Numbered from the stretch's first letter, positions 1 to 11,900 are shown. The stretch: 64,000 nucleotides of DNA from an uncultured Gammaproteobacteria bacterium (GCA_963732375.1 CAVSZE010000008.1:3940-67939), one strand, 5' to 3'. Numbers and translations: made by a program. Notes: generated by a model from the sequence alone, not told the origin.

Positions 1-521
1 TCCAGGCTGCTGTCGCCGAAGCCGGTGAGCCAGACCTCCGGGATCCGCCCCGCGTCGAAAATCGTCCCTTCCACGGTTCTTGCTGCCGCGATTCCCGCCT
101 GCCGGACCAGTTCCTTGTCGGAGCCGTAGGCGACGCCGAACGGCACGTGAATCCGGCGAACAGGTTGCCGAAGAACCCCTGCAGGCCAATTCCCAGGCCG
201 ACACCGACGGCACCGCCGAGAATCGCCAGGCTCGTCAGGTCGAATCCGAGCCACGACAGCCCGATGACCGTCGCGAGGACCCAGACGAAGTAACGAGCCA
301 CGCGGCTGAACGCATAGACTCCCGCGCTGGAGCCGGGCTGACTGGTGTCGACCATTCGATCGGCGACGTGCTGCAGGCCGTGCTCGACTTTCTTGGCGAT
401 CCACCAGGCCAGTACGATGATCGCCGCGATTTCCAGCAGCCAGGCAACGCTGATCGAGGTGTGCCCGATCGTCATGAACGGCTGCATCAACCAATCGGGA
501 AGCGACTCGTACCACGGCATG
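1..521 (-). pseudogene. MscS-family mechanosensitive channel, disrupted (internal deletion plus frame change); 3' end runs off the window
   Basis: Reverse-strand ATG at 519-521 opens a frame with three TM helices ending in the MscS pore-helix signature LAILGGAVGVGLGIGLQGFFGNLFAGF. Near 145-155 this frame degenerates. A different frame continues HVPFGVAYGSDKELVRQAG...EVWLTGFGDSSL, which is the MscS C-terminal domain. The roughly 60-residue beta domain that normally lies between these two parts is missing. Confidence 0.6.
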
Positions 522-692
522 ACTGATCCATCCATCGACGCCCTGCGAGTCGCCCGAACAGGACGGGCGCGGCCAACCCCGGGGCGATCGAGCAGGCCGC
601 TGTGACGACCACGAACATATCACGTGGGCCGCCACGATGACCCGCCGCCTCGCGTGGTCTACGATGACGGCAGGGCCGCCAAGGAGACCGTC

Positions 693-1157
693 ATGAGCAT
701 GCGCACGATCCTAGTCCTGGTTGTCAGCGGGCTGCTGGCCCTGTTTACCGTGGTCAACTGGAGCACATTCATCACGCCCACGCACCTCTCGCTGGTGGTC
801 ACCAGCGTCGATGCGCCGCTGGGGCTGGTGATGCTTGGGTTTACCGCGGCGCTGGCGGCGGTGCTGCTCTTGTATGCATTGAAGGTGCAGGTCAACGCGC
901 TGTCTGACGGGCGCAAGCAGGCGGAGGAGCTGCGCAGGCAGCGCGAGTTGGCAGACCAGGCGGAGGCATCGCGCTTCACCGAGCTTCGAACCTACCTCGA
1001 CCAGCAGCTTGCGTCGCTGAAGCAGGCGCAGCAGGCCGACTCGGAACGCCTGCTCGGGGAAATCTCCGCGACGAGCAATACGCTCGCCGCCTGCATCGGC
1101 GAGGTCGACGACCGGCTCGAGCGCCAGTGGCCGACGTCGCCCGATCGGCAACCCTGA
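693..1157 (+). CDS. LapA-domain-like (DUF1049-type) membrane protein with C-terminal coiled coil
   Basis: ATG at 693 preceded by AAGGAG. Two N-terminal TM helices (MRTILVLVVSGLLALFTVVNW..., PLGLVMLGFTAALAAVLLLY) followed by a Q/E/R-rich helical tail. Confidence 0.5.
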   Translation: MSMRTILVLVVSGLLALFTVVNWSTFITPTHLSLVVTSVDAPLGLVMLGFTAALAAVLLLYALKVQVNALSDGRKQAEELRRQRELADQAEASRFTELRTYLDQQLASLKQAQQADSERLLGEISATSNTLAACIGEVDDRLERQWPTSPDRQP

Positions 1158-1182
1158 TCCCGGTAGCAGTGTCCGGCGCTGC

Positions 1183-2802
1183 CTACCTGGTTTGTGTGGC
1201 GACGGAAGCTTTCACCGATTCCTTGGCGGCCTGCTGCTTCTCCCGCTCCGCGATGACCAGGCGATAGGCCACGTAGTACTTGTAGATGTTGCTGACGTAG
1301 GTGACCGTCTCGCGGCCGATGCGCTCGGATGCGATCTGCTCGACGTTGCCGAACCAGACGTTTGGATCGAGGCCGCGTTTCTCGGCCTCGCGGCGGAGCT
1401 GGCGAATGCGACCCGGCCCGGCATTGTAGGAAGCGAACGCAAATAGAGCCTTGTCGAGCCTGGTCATCGGCTCATCCTTGTAGTACTTGTCCACGATGAA
1501 GCGCATGTACTTCACGCCCGCGTGGATATTGGCATCGATTTGCCGGATATCGCCCACTTCAAGCTCCTGCCCGGTGGCCGGCATTACCTGCATCACGCCG
1601 ATCGCGCCGACCGGGCTCTTCACGGTCTGGTCGAGCTGCGACTCCTGGTATCCCTGCGCCGCCATCAGCACGTAGTCGATGTCGTACTGGTCGCCGTACT
1701 TCTTGAAGAGCTCGACCATCTGCAGGAACTTCTTGCGTTCGGCTTCCGATGTCGCGTCCTTCACGTATTTCGTGCTCTCCAGGTAGCGCTTCTCCATCGT
1801 GTTGCCGAACGCCGTGCCAAGCCCGTATTTGTCGATGATGCCGTTCAGCCCGGCGAGTAGCTGCGGGCTCCCCTTGCGGACTGCGACGGCGAGCACGCCG
1901 CCCGTTCGCACCGCGACGTCGTCATGCACGTTTATGCCGGGGAAGACCTGCTTCCAGAAGTCCGCGATGAAGTCGTCAACGACGGTGATCGGCATGAGCC
2001 CGGCATTGACCATCTCGAGCAGGTCCTCGTCCTCGAGATTGTCCGGAGCCAGCTGTATTGACACCGCTGCCTTGCCCGCGGCCTGCAGCTTCTTGTTGAG
2101 TGCCATCAGGCTCTCGTAATAGGGGCTGAACTTGCGGACGAACACCTCCTGTCCTGCAAGATCTTCCACGCTCGCGATCACGCGCGAGCCGGGACCGGTC
2201 ACCACCACCTCGTCCACGTTCTCGCGGGTGGGGTCCGTGAAATCGACGAGCTTCCGCCGTTCAGGAGTAACCATGATCTGTGCAAGCAGCATGTCCACCT
2301 TGCCTTCCATGAGTGCCGACAGCATCTGGTCGCGCGGCACGGGCACGAACCAGAAGATGACCTTCAGGTTTCCGGTCTTGCGCCGTTTGTTCAGTTCGTC
2401 TTCCATGAGCTTGCCGTACTCATACGCCACGCCGCGCTGCACGCCTTTTTCGACGAAGTACATCGTGCGGTTGTAGGGGACACCGATGCGGACAAGCCGG
2501 CGTTTCACCATCTCGTCGAGGTCACCCTTGAAGGGTTGACCGATCTCGGCGCGCACAAATTCGGGCAGCGCCGTTTCGAATGGCGGTGGCGGCAGGATTT
2601 CTCCCTCCGCCGGCGTGCCGCCGGCCGGGACGGCGGTCTGTGTGGCGCCAGATGGGTAGGCGGTCGATGCCGCGGGCTCGGTGGCGGAGGCCTGAGGTCC
2701 TTGCGTCCTGTCGGAGCAGGCCGATACCACCAGCACGACAAGCAGGATTGCGACGAGGCCGAAGCATCTGCTTTGTTCGGTCAAAACAGGCAACTTGGAC
2801 AT
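1183..2802 (-). CDS. mltF: Membrane-bound lytic murein transglycosylase F (solute-binding-like domain plus SLT domain), lipoprotein
   Basis: Signal peptide with lipobox LVVSAC from the internal ATG at 2802. C-terminal SLT motifs ESQLDQTVKSPVGAIGVMQVMPATG and ASYNAGPGRI. N-terminal family-3 substrate-binding-like region. Confidence 0.85.
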   Translation of the reverse strand: MSKLPVLTEQSRCFGLVAILLVVLVVSACSDRTQGPQASATEPAASTAYPSGATQTAVPAGGTPAEGEILPPPPFETALPEFVRAEIGQPFKGDLDEMVKRRLVRIGVPYNRTMYFVEKGVQRGVAYEYGKLMEDELNKRRKTGNLKVIFWFVPVPRDQMLSALMEGKVDMLLAQIMVTPERRKLVDFTDPTRENVDEVVVTGPGSRVIASVEDLAGQEVFVRKFSPYYESLMALNKKLQAAGKAAVSIQLAPDNLEDEDLLEMVNAGLMPITVVDDFIADFWKQVFPGINVHDDVAVRTGGVLAVAVRKGSPQLLAGLNGIIDKYGLGTAFGNTMEKRYLESTKYVKDATSEAERKKFLQMVELFKKYGDQYDIDYVLMAAQGYQESQLDQTVKSPVGAIGVMQVMPATGQELEVGDIRQIDANIHAGVKYMRFIVDKYYKDEPMTRLDKALFAFASYNAGPGRIRQLRREAEKRGLDPNVWFGNVEQIASERIGRETVTYVSNIYKYYVAYRLVIAEREKQQAAKESVKASVATQTR

Positions 2803-2954
2803 GGTCCCCCAGCCAACTTGGTAGTGAACGAATGGAAGTTTCGCCAACTTTAGTCCTTGTCCCTGCCCCGGGCCATGTGTGCGGGAAACAGGCCGCGGGC
2901 CCCTGTCTTCGGCTATGCTCGCGGCCAGCACACCAGCCCCGGGAAACAGGAACC

Positions 2955-4325
2955 GTGGAGCCGCATTCAGACTCGGATTTCGACCGGCTGACTGAGCACC
3001 TGAACGAGGCGCAGCGCCTGCTGTCGCGCCATCGGCTGGTCGAAAACCTGGTCAATCGCCAGGAAATGCCCAAGCACGAGCTGGTAGAGACGCTCGTGCA
3101 CCGGCAACACCTCGCAGAGCTTGGGCAGTTGCTTAACCGGCTGGACGCGGTGGACGCAGCGCGCATCCTCGAGGCGCTGTCCGAGGAGGACCGGCTGCTC
3201 GCGTGGGAGCAGATCAAGGTGGATCGGCTCGACAGCATCCTGCTGCTGCTGGCCGACGAGGTGCGCGAGGAACTGCTGAATGCGTCGAAGCACCAGAGCG
3301 AGAAGATCGCACTGAACGCCTTCGAGCTGCACGACGGCCGGCTGCGGCAGGTGAAGGTCTCGAGGCGGTCCGATCTCGCCAACGTCAAGCCGATCTGGGT
3401 GGACCTCGTGGCCCCTTCCGCGGAGATGCGCTACTGGGTCGGCGAGTATTTCGGCCTGGCGCTGCCGGACCCTGACAGCCTCACCGACCTCGAATCCAGC
3501 GCGCGCTTCTATGTCGAGGACAATGGCGAGATCCACCTTCATTCGGATTTCCTGCTGGACACTGACGACGGAACGCAGAATGTCGCGGTGGCGTTCATCC
3601 TGCACAAGGACATCCTGTTCTCGGTACGCAAGGAAGAGCTGCCGGTGTTCCGCCTTCAACGACTGCGAGCGAGGACGCAACCCGGCTACGTGACCGAAGG
3701 CAAGGACGTGCTGCTCGACCTCTACGCGGCCGACGTGGAGTACTCGGCAGACGTGCTGGAAGAGGTCTACGCCGAGTTCGAGCACGTCGGCAAGCGCGTG
3801 CTGCACCCGCAGGTGACCGACGACGCCGCTGCCCAGATTCTTTCCGAGATCGCCCGCACTGAGGACTTGAACGGCCGCATACGCCAGAACGCCACGGACA
3901 CGCGGCGGGCGCTGTCATTCCTGATGCGCGGGAAGTTCCTGACCCCGCTGCAGTTCGAGGAGGCGCGGCAGATCGTGCGCGACATCGAGTCGCTGGACGG
4001 CCATACCACCTACCTGTTCGGCAAGATCAACTTCCTGATGGACGCGACGGTCGGCTTCATCAACATCAACCAGAACAAGCGCGTCTCGAAGCTGACGACC
4101 ATCAGCATCATCTTCGTGCCGATCAACATCCTGGCCGGGATCGGCGGCATGTCGGAGTACACGATGATGTCCGGCGACCTGGGCATCCGGTGGCCGGTCG
4201 CCTACGGTATCTTCCTGGTCGGTTCGGCACTGATCGGCTGGGCCACCTACACCGCCATCAGGGCGTACGAGGCGCGGCAGGCGAAGAAGATGCTCGAGGC
4301 GACAGGGCACTCGAAGCCCTCGTAG
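2955..4325 (+). CDS. CorA-family (2-TM-GxN) divalent cation channel with N-terminal extension; pore motif is GMS rather than GMN
   Basis: C-terminus IIFVPINILAGIGGMSEY followed by a second TM matches the CorA architecture. GTG at 2955 is the proposed start, since there is no in-frame ATG near the conserved N-terminal region. The N-terminal 110 aa contain an MgtE_N-like segment LDAVDAARILEALSEEDR. Confidence 0.7.
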   Translation: MEPHSDSDFDRLTEHLNEAQRLLSRHRLVENLVNRQEMPKHELVETLVHRQHLAELGQLLNRLDAVDAARILEALSEEDRLLAWEQIKVDRLDSILLLLADEVREELLNASKHQSEKIALNAFELHDGRLRQVKVSRRSDLANVKPIWVDLVAPSAEMRYWVGEYFGLALPDPDSLTDLESSARFYVEDNGEIHLHSDFLLDTDDGTQNVAVAFILHKDILFSVRKEELPVFRLQRLRARTQPGYVTEGKDVLLDLYAADVEYSADVLEEVYAEFEHVGKRVLHPQVTDDAAAQILSEIARTEDLNGRIRQNATDTRRALSFLMRGKFLTPLQFEEARQIVRDIESLDGHTTYLFGKINFLMDATVGFININQNKRVSKLTTISIIFVPINILAGIGGMSEYTMMSGDLGIRWPVAYGIFLVGSALIGWATYTAIRAYEARQAKKMLEATGHSKPS

Positions 4326-4530
4326 ACCCCGGGCAGGAACCTCGAAGCCTGCCGCACCTGCGCTTCAGTCGTCGTTGAAATCTGCGTTCGGGCTGGCCGG
4401 CTCGACGTCACACGCCTGTAAACAACGAGCCCCACGCTGTCGCGACGCCTTCCTAGCGAACGCGGGCGTGTCGGGACGGCAGTTCCGGCGCAGAGAAATC
4501 GACAAGAACCCAGAACGACGGAGAAACCCG

Positions 4531-5643
4531 ATGAAGAATTCCATGATCCGCGCGGCACTGCTGGCCGCGCTGCTGCCGATTCCCACACTGACCCAGGCGG
4601 CCGACGATGGTCGCGGAGACATCGAGTCGGTTCGGCCAGTGACGATCGCCGTGTTCGGCGACTGGCCGTACAGCCAGAACCTGCTCACCAACGCCCCGCT
4701 GCTGGTCAATTCGGTCAACACGGACCGCAGCGTGAGCCTGGTGGTGCACGTCGGTGACATCCATTCCGGCAGCATGCCCTGCACCAGTGCGGGCATTTCC
4801 CCGCCGATCCCCGAGTCCAGTCCCGGCTGGAACCAGAACGTGTTCTATTGGTTCCAGCAGTTTGCGGTCCCCGTCGTATACACGCCAGGCGACAACGAGT
4901 GGTCCGACTGCCACAAGACAAAGGAGAAGAAGAGCGGTGCACCGCTCAACGAGCTCGCAAGCGTACGCAACCTGTTCTTCTCCCGTCCGGGGATCACTCT
5001 CGGTCGCAATGATACAAACGTTCTGAGCCAGGCGGAGTATTACGATCGCGCCTATCCGACAGACAAGACCTACGTCGAGAACGTCATGTGGATGCGCTCG
5101 AGCGTCGTGTTCGTTACGCTGAACATGCCCGGCTCAAACAACGACACACTGCCATGGACCAACGGCTTCGAGGACCTGGCGAAGCACGCCGATGAAGTGG
5201 AGCAACGGACTGCGGCCGATATCCACTGGCTCGACGCGGCATTTGCCGCGGCGGCGAAAAACAAGGCCCGGGCGGTTGTAATCGCACTGCAGGCGGACAT
5301 GTGGGATCCCGAGGCCGCCGCGCTTGATGGAGATGGGCTCGACGCATACACGCCATTCGTGCAGGAGCTCGCTGCGCAGAGTCTGGCCTTCGGCCGCCCC
5401 GTTCTGCTGTTGAACGGGGATTCTCACGTCTATCACAAGGACCGCCCGCTGGCCGATCCGGCCAGTGACACCGGAAAGATCCACAACACCCCGGCAGTTC
5501 CGAACCTGCAGCGAATCACGGTGCAGGGCTCAACGAACGGGCCTGCGGAATGGGTCCGTCTGACGATCGATCCGCGCCGTGCGGATCCGTTCAGCGACAC
5601 CAACGTTCCGTACTGCAAGGATCCGCTCGGCAGCTGTACCTGA
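4531..5643 (+). CDS. Exported calcineurin-like metallophosphoesterase
   Basis: ATG at 4531 after GGAGAAA. Signal peptide MKNSMIRAALLAALLPIPTLTQA. Metallophosphoesterase motifs FGDWPY, VHVGDIHSG, TPGDNEW, NGDSHVY. Confidence 0.8.
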   Translation: MKNSMIRAALLAALLPIPTLTQAADDGRGDIESVRPVTIAVFGDWPYSQNLLTNAPLLVNSVNTDRSVSLVVHVGDIHSGSMPCTSAGISPPIPESSPGWNQNVFYWFQQFAVPVVYTPGDNEWSDCHKTKEKKSGAPLNELASVRNLFFSRPGITLGRNDTNVLSQAEYYDRAYPTDKTYVENVMWMRSSVVFVTLNMPGSNNDTLPWTNGFEDLAKHADEVEQRTAADIHWLDAAFAAAAKNKARAVVIALQADMWDPEAAALDGDGLDAYTPFVQELAAQSLAFGRPVLLLNGDSHVYHKDRPLADPASDTGKIHNTPAVPNLQRITVQGSTNGPAEWVRLTIDPRRADPFSDTNVPYCKDPLGSCT

Positions 5644-5657
5644 ACATGGTGTCGGGC

Positions 5658-5685
5658 TCGCCCGCGCCACCGACGGCGCGGGCGA
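5658..5685 (+). terminator. Rho-independent terminator downstream of the metallophosphoesterase gene
   Basis: Perfect 11-bp GC-rich stem TCGCCCGCGCC / GGCGCGGGCGA with a 6-nt loop, followed by TTT. Confidence 0.6.
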
Positions 5686-5733
5686 TTTCCCGGCCACGAT
5701 CCCGTCCCCGGGGCAGAGATCGGCCGCTGGAGC

Positions 5734-7236
5734 CTACCTCGTGGTCAGGATCCGCAGTGGAATCCCTTCTGCCTTGAGGTGCTCGGCTTCCTGCTGAAGA
5801 TCCGCGGCCGTCAGCGGGTGGTTGCGCAGCGACCGCAGGCGGAAACGCACCTGCAGTCCACGACCGCGGGGCGTGATCCGTATCGGCGGAAGACCGTCGT
5901 CGGAGCGATTGCGGTGCAGGAGGACCGCGAGTCGCAGGATCAGCAGCAGCCGAATGGCCAGCCGGTCCCACGGCGGGATCAGTTCGTCGAGCCCGTCGAG
6001 CACCAGCTTGCGCCGGTGCGACCGCACCAGCCATGCGAGCAACAACTGCTCCTCGCGCGAGAATCCTGGCATGTCGGCATTCTCCAGCAGGTATGCACCG
6101 TGCCGGTGATAGCCACTGTGGGCCACGTCGAGACCGATTTCATGCAGGCGTGCTGCCCAGCGCAGCGCCTGTTCGGCCAGGGGATCCTTCAGCTGCCATG
6201 CCTTGCCGGCCTGGCGGAGCATTTCCATCGCGGTCGTCTCGACGCGTGCGGCCTGGCGGAGATCGACCTGGTAACGCTTCTGCATCGAGCCAACTGTCCG
6301 CTCGCGCGCGTCGACCGACGTGAAGCGCCCCATCAGGTCGTAGAGAACTCCCTCGCGCATCGCCCCTTCGGCGACTCGCATCTCCCGGATGCCGAGTCGG
6401 GCGAATATTTCTGCCAGGACTGCGAGACCGCCGGCGAACACTGCGCGACGTTCAATTGAAAGCGACTCCAGCGGAATCGCGCTGGTGCTGCCGGCGCTCA
6501 CCAGTATTTCGAGCAGTTCGTCGAGGCCGGTCCGGGTAATCGTGGTGCACCGCGGGTGGATCTCCCGTTGGGCGTCGAATATGGCGCGCACGGTCCCGGA
6601 ACTGCCGGCGACCGAACTCCAGCCCCTGGCGCGAAATGTACGCTGGATCGGTTCCAGCTCCTGCCGAGCGGCCAGGCGCGCCCTCTCGAAACGCTTGGAT
6701 GTGATCCTGCCGTCGGAGAAGAACTCGTCGCTCATCAGCACGCAGCCCATGTTCAGGCTTTCGAGCTGCTGCGGTTCCTTGCCCTGGCCGATGATCAGTT
6801 CCGTGCTTCCGCCGCCGATGTCGATGACCAGGCGACGCGCATCGATACGTGGCAGCGTATGGACTACGCCAGAATAAATCAGGCGCGCTTCCTCGCGGCC
6901 CGAGATGACCTCGATCGGGTGGCCGATTGCGGCGCCCGCGCGCTCGAGAAATGCCTGCTTCTTGCGCACCCGTCGCAGGGCGCTGGTGCCGACGACGCGC
7001 ACGCAATCGGCGCGCATGTCGACCAGGCGGTGTCCGAAGCGCTCCAGGCACGCGATGGCGCGCGCCGCCGTGGCTCGGTCCAGCCGGCCCTCGTCGTCCA
7101 CGCCGCCGCCGAGTCGCACCATCTCCCTAAGGCGGTCGATGATGACGAGCTGGCCGTTCGAGCGACGCGCAACCACCATGTGGAAGCTGTTCGAGCCGAG
7201 GTCTACGGCGGCCAGGACTCCGGGTGCACGAGACAT
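5734..7236 (-). CDS. ppx: Exopolyphosphatase (Ppx/GppA family)
   Basis: N-terminus AAVDLGSNSFHMVVAR and DIGGGSTELI are the ASKHA-fold Ppx/GppA motifs. 500 aa with a C-terminal HD-like region (LHEIGLDVAHSGYHRHGAYLL). Confidence 0.9.
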   Translation of the reverse strand: MSRAPGVLAAVDLGSNSFHMVVARRSNGQLVIIDRLREMVRLGGGVDDEGRLDRATAARAIACLERFGHRLVDMRADCVRVVGTSALRRVRKKQAFLERAGAAIGHPIEVISGREEARLIYSGVVHTLPRIDARRLVIDIGGGSTELIIGQGKEPQQLESLNMGCVLMSDEFFSDGRITSKRFERARLAARQELEPIQRTFRARGWSSVAGSSGTVRAIFDAQREIHPRCTTITRTGLDELLEILVSAGSTSAIPLESLSIERRAVFAGGLAVLAEIFARLGIREMRVAEGAMREGVLYDLMGRFTSVDARERTVGSMQKRYQVDLRQAARVETTAMEMLRQAGKAWQLKDPLAEQALRWAARLHEIGLDVAHSGYHRHGAYLLENADMPGFSREEQLLLAWLVRSHRRKLVLDGLDELIPPWDRLAIRLLLILRLAVLLHRNRSDDGLPPIRITPRGRGLQVRFRLRSLRNHPLTAADLQQEAEHLKAEGIPLRILTTR

Positions 7237-7433
7237 TTCAGCTCACGGTTGGTTGTGGAAACGCCAGATGGACCATAACGGCGCCGAACCGGCGAGTAAA
7301 TGGTGGAATCACGGCGTGCTGATTCCTCTCCCGTGGGGTAGTTCACCGTAATGCATCAAAAGTGCAACGGCCGTGCAACACCGACCGTCCATTCTTTGCC
7401 TCGCGCCGATCCGGCGCATCGAGGAGGATTACG

Positions 7434-7511
7434 ATGGATATCATCGGTGTAGTGATGCTTGGTTCAGTGGCACTCTGGATACTGCAGCAGTTCGAAAGTC
7501 GTGACTGGTAG
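7434..7511 (+). CDS. Candidate 25-aa hydrophobic micro-protein (MDIIGVVMLGSVALWILQQFESRDW)
   Basis: ATG at 7434 lies 5 nt after a strong Shine-Dalgarno GAGGAGGA. One predicted TM helix. Below the ORF-track length cut-off. Sits in the 420-bp ppx / PK-like intergenic region. Confidence 0.35.
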   Translation: MDIIGVVMLGSVALWILQQFESRDW

Positions 7512-7655
7512 CCAGTTCGGCCGGGCCAGCTGGCCGGTGCGGCGCCGCTGGGCGTCGCACCGGCCCAGGCGGTGGGTGGTCAGTCCGGCGCCTGAAATGA
7601 TCCTGCAATGTGCCGATGGCAGACTCAATCACTTTTCCCCGTCGGTTGCATTGTC

Positions 7656-9485
7656 ATGGACCGCCTCATCGAACGCACGCTGGCTGCAACCCGTGACCTA
7701 CGCGAACGCGCGCTTGAATTCGAGGCGGCACACGCCGGCGAAATCGGCGCAGCCGAGCCCCGCTTCCGCGAAAGCGCACGAAACCTGCTGCACTACCTGA
7801 GCGTACGGCAGCAGGACATCCGCACGCTGCAGCGGGACCTGCATTCGCTTGGACTGTCCTCGCTGGGCGTGCTCGAATCACACGTGATCGCGAGCCTGAA
7901 CGCCGTGATCGGCAACCTGGAGAGGCTGGCTGGCAGCGCGACGAGCGAAAGGCCGGCGCCGCCGGTGGACGATCGAACCGGCCCGTTGCTGCTGCATGAT
8001 CACGCGCGGACGCTGCTCGGGCCGACACGGCGATTCCGGTCGGTCAGGATCATGGTGACGATGCCGTCGGAGGCTGCGAGCGACGAGCAGCTGCTGGTCG
8101 ACCTGCTGCGCGCCGGCATGGACGTAATGCGTATCAATTGCGCCCACGACGATCCCGATACGTGGCGGCGCATGGTGGCCAACCTGCGCAAGGCCGAGCG
8201 CACCGTCGGCCGCAAGTGCCGGATACAGGCAGACCTTGCCGGCCCGAAGTTGCGTACCGGCACGATCGGGCCGATCGGCTATTTCATTCGCGTTCGGCCG
8301 GCGCGCGACGTGATGGGCCGGACCACAACTCCGGCCAGCGTCTGGCTGACCCCTGCGGAGGCAGCCGAGGATGGACCGAGCGGTCGCAAGGCGCTGCCGG
8401 TGCCGCGTGCGCTGCTCGAGCAGGCGGCCCCCGGTGACCAGTTGCGCGTTGCTGACCTTCGCGGCAAACAACGCGTGCTGCCTATCGGCGAACGCTGCGG
8501 CGCCTCGTGGCTCGCAGAGTGTGCGAAGACGCTCTATGTCTCACGAGGAGCCGAATGTGCGCTGGTTCGCGATGGCGCAGTCGTCGCCGAGGGAACCGTG
8601 GGCGAAGTCCCTGGCGTTGTCATGCCGATCGTGCTGAGGGTCGGAGATACCCTGGTACTGACTCGCGACGACACGCCAGGCCAGCACGCCACGTTCAACG
8701 ATCTCGACGGCGCGCCCCGTCCCGCCCGGATCCACTGCACGCTGGCGACGGCGTTCGAACGCGTGCAGCTCGGAGATCGCGTCTGGCTCGACGACGGCAA
8801 GATCGGTGGCAAGGTAGTTGCCAGCGACGGCGAGAATATCCGCGTCAGCATCGTTCATTCGCCGCCGTCGGGAGCGAAACTGCGCGCCGAGAAGGGCATC
8901 AACTTTCCAGACACCGAGCTGGGGCTGAGTGCGCTCACCGACAAGGACTACGACGACCTGCGCGAGGTGGTGGGCTTCGCCGACATGATTGCGCTGTCCT
9001 TCCTTCGTACGGAGCAGGATGTCGAACTGCTCGAGGACCAGCTTCACTCGCTCGGCGCAGGGCGCCTTGGCATCGTCCTGAAGATCGAGAACGCCACGGC
9101 TTTTCGAAACCTTCCGCGCATCCTGCTGGCAAGCCTGCGCTCGCCACCGGTCGGCGTCATGGTCGCGCGCGGCGACCTGGCCGTGGAGATCGGCTTCGAA
9201 CGGCTCTCGGAGGTGCAGGAAGAGATCCTCTGGGTGTGCGAGGCAGCGCACGTTCCGGTGATCTGGGCGACCCAGGTGCTCGAAGGACTCGCGAAGGCCG
9301 GCGCCCCGACCCGCGCCGAGGTGAGCGACGCGGTCATGAGCAGCCGTGCAGAGTGCGTGATGCTGAACAAGGGGCCGCAAATCGTGCCCACAGTCGCGTT
9401 CCTGGCCGACGTCCTCGGCCGGATGGAGGAGCACCACGATAAGCGCATGGCGCTGCTGAGGCGGCTGTCTATCTCCGAGCTCTAG
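7656..9485 (+). CDS. Pyruvate-kinase-fold protein with N-terminal helical extension and no C-terminal allosteric domain
   Basis: PK barrel motifs present: MDVMRINCAHDD, ADLAGPKLRTG, LTDKDYDDL, LKIENATAF, VMVARGDLAVEIG, ATQVLEGLAKAGAPTRAEVSD, MLNKG. ATG at 7656 chosen as start. Confidence 0.75.
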   Translation: MDRLIERTLAATRDLRERALEFEAAHAGEIGAAEPRFRESARNLLHYLSVRQQDIRTLQRDLHSLGLSSLGVLESHVIASLNAVIGNLERLAGSATSERPAPPVDDRTGPLLLHDHARTLLGPTRRFRSVRIMVTMPSEAASDEQLLVDLLRAGMDVMRINCAHDDPDTWRRMVANLRKAERTVGRKCRIQADLAGPKLRTGTIGPIGYFIRVRPARDVMGRTTTPASVWLTPAEAAEDGPSGRKALPVPRALLEQAAPGDQLRVADLRGKQRVLPIGERCGASWLAECAKTLYVSRGAECALVRDGAVVAEGTVGEVPGVVMPIVLRVGDTLVLTRDDTPGQHATFNDLDGAPRPARIHCTLATAFERVQLGDRVWLDDGKIGGKVVASDGENIRVSIVHSPPSGAKLRAEKGINFPDTELGLSALTDKDYDDLREVVGFADMIALSFLRTEQDVELLEDQLHSLGAGRLGIVLKIENATAFRNLPRILLASLRSPPVGVMVARGDLAVEIGFERLSEVQEEILWVCEAAHVPVIWATQVLEGLAKAGAPTRAEVSDAVMSSRAECVMLNKGPQIVPTVAFLADVLGRMEEHHDKRMALLRRLSISEL

Positions 9486-9489
9486 CCGG

Positions 9490-9711
9490 TCAGTTGCCCT
9501 CACGATCGATTTCGCGCAGCCGGCTTCGCACACGGCCGAGCGTGAGCACGGTCAGGAATGTCTTGATTCGGGCGCCCGATTCAATCCTCGCCATTTCGGT
9601 CAGGTACACTTTCTCGACGTGATCGACCGGCAGGTTCAGTTCGAATGCCAGGTTGTCGACGACCGCTCGATGGGGGCCATTGACCTTGCGTTCGCGATCC
9701 GCCGACGCCAT
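9490..9711 (-). CDS. Small DUF3562-like protein (73 aa)
   Basis: Internal ATG at 9711. The sequence VVDNLAFELNLPVDHVEKVYLTEMARIESGARIKTFLTVLTLGRVRSRL resembles what I recall of the DUF3562 family. The upstream part of the 143-aa ORF looks non-coding. Confidence 0.45.
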   Translation of the reverse strand: MASADRERKVNGPHRAVVDNLAFELNLPVDHVEKVYLTEMARIESGARIKTFLTVLTLGRVRSRLREIDREGN

Positions 9712-9797
9712 GTTCCACCTCGCGCATGCCTTCGATCTGCCGGGCAGGCATTTTATCGTGCAGGCGGCGGGAACCACGGTGCGTAGATATACCTCCC

Positions 9798-11900
<2,103 letters not shown>

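Noticed and set aside
80-526. 148-aa forward ORF at the window start
   Set aside because: Arg/Asp-rich nonsense translation. The reverse strand carries recognisable MscS transmembrane and C-terminal segments.
2803-2954. Possible riboswitch or leader upstream of the CorA-family gene (repeated GGGAAACAGG at about 2883 and 2941, small hairpins)
   Set aside because: No resemblance that I can verify to the M-box or other known Mg-sensing leaders. The repeats are short, and the region also serves as the divergent mltF promoter.
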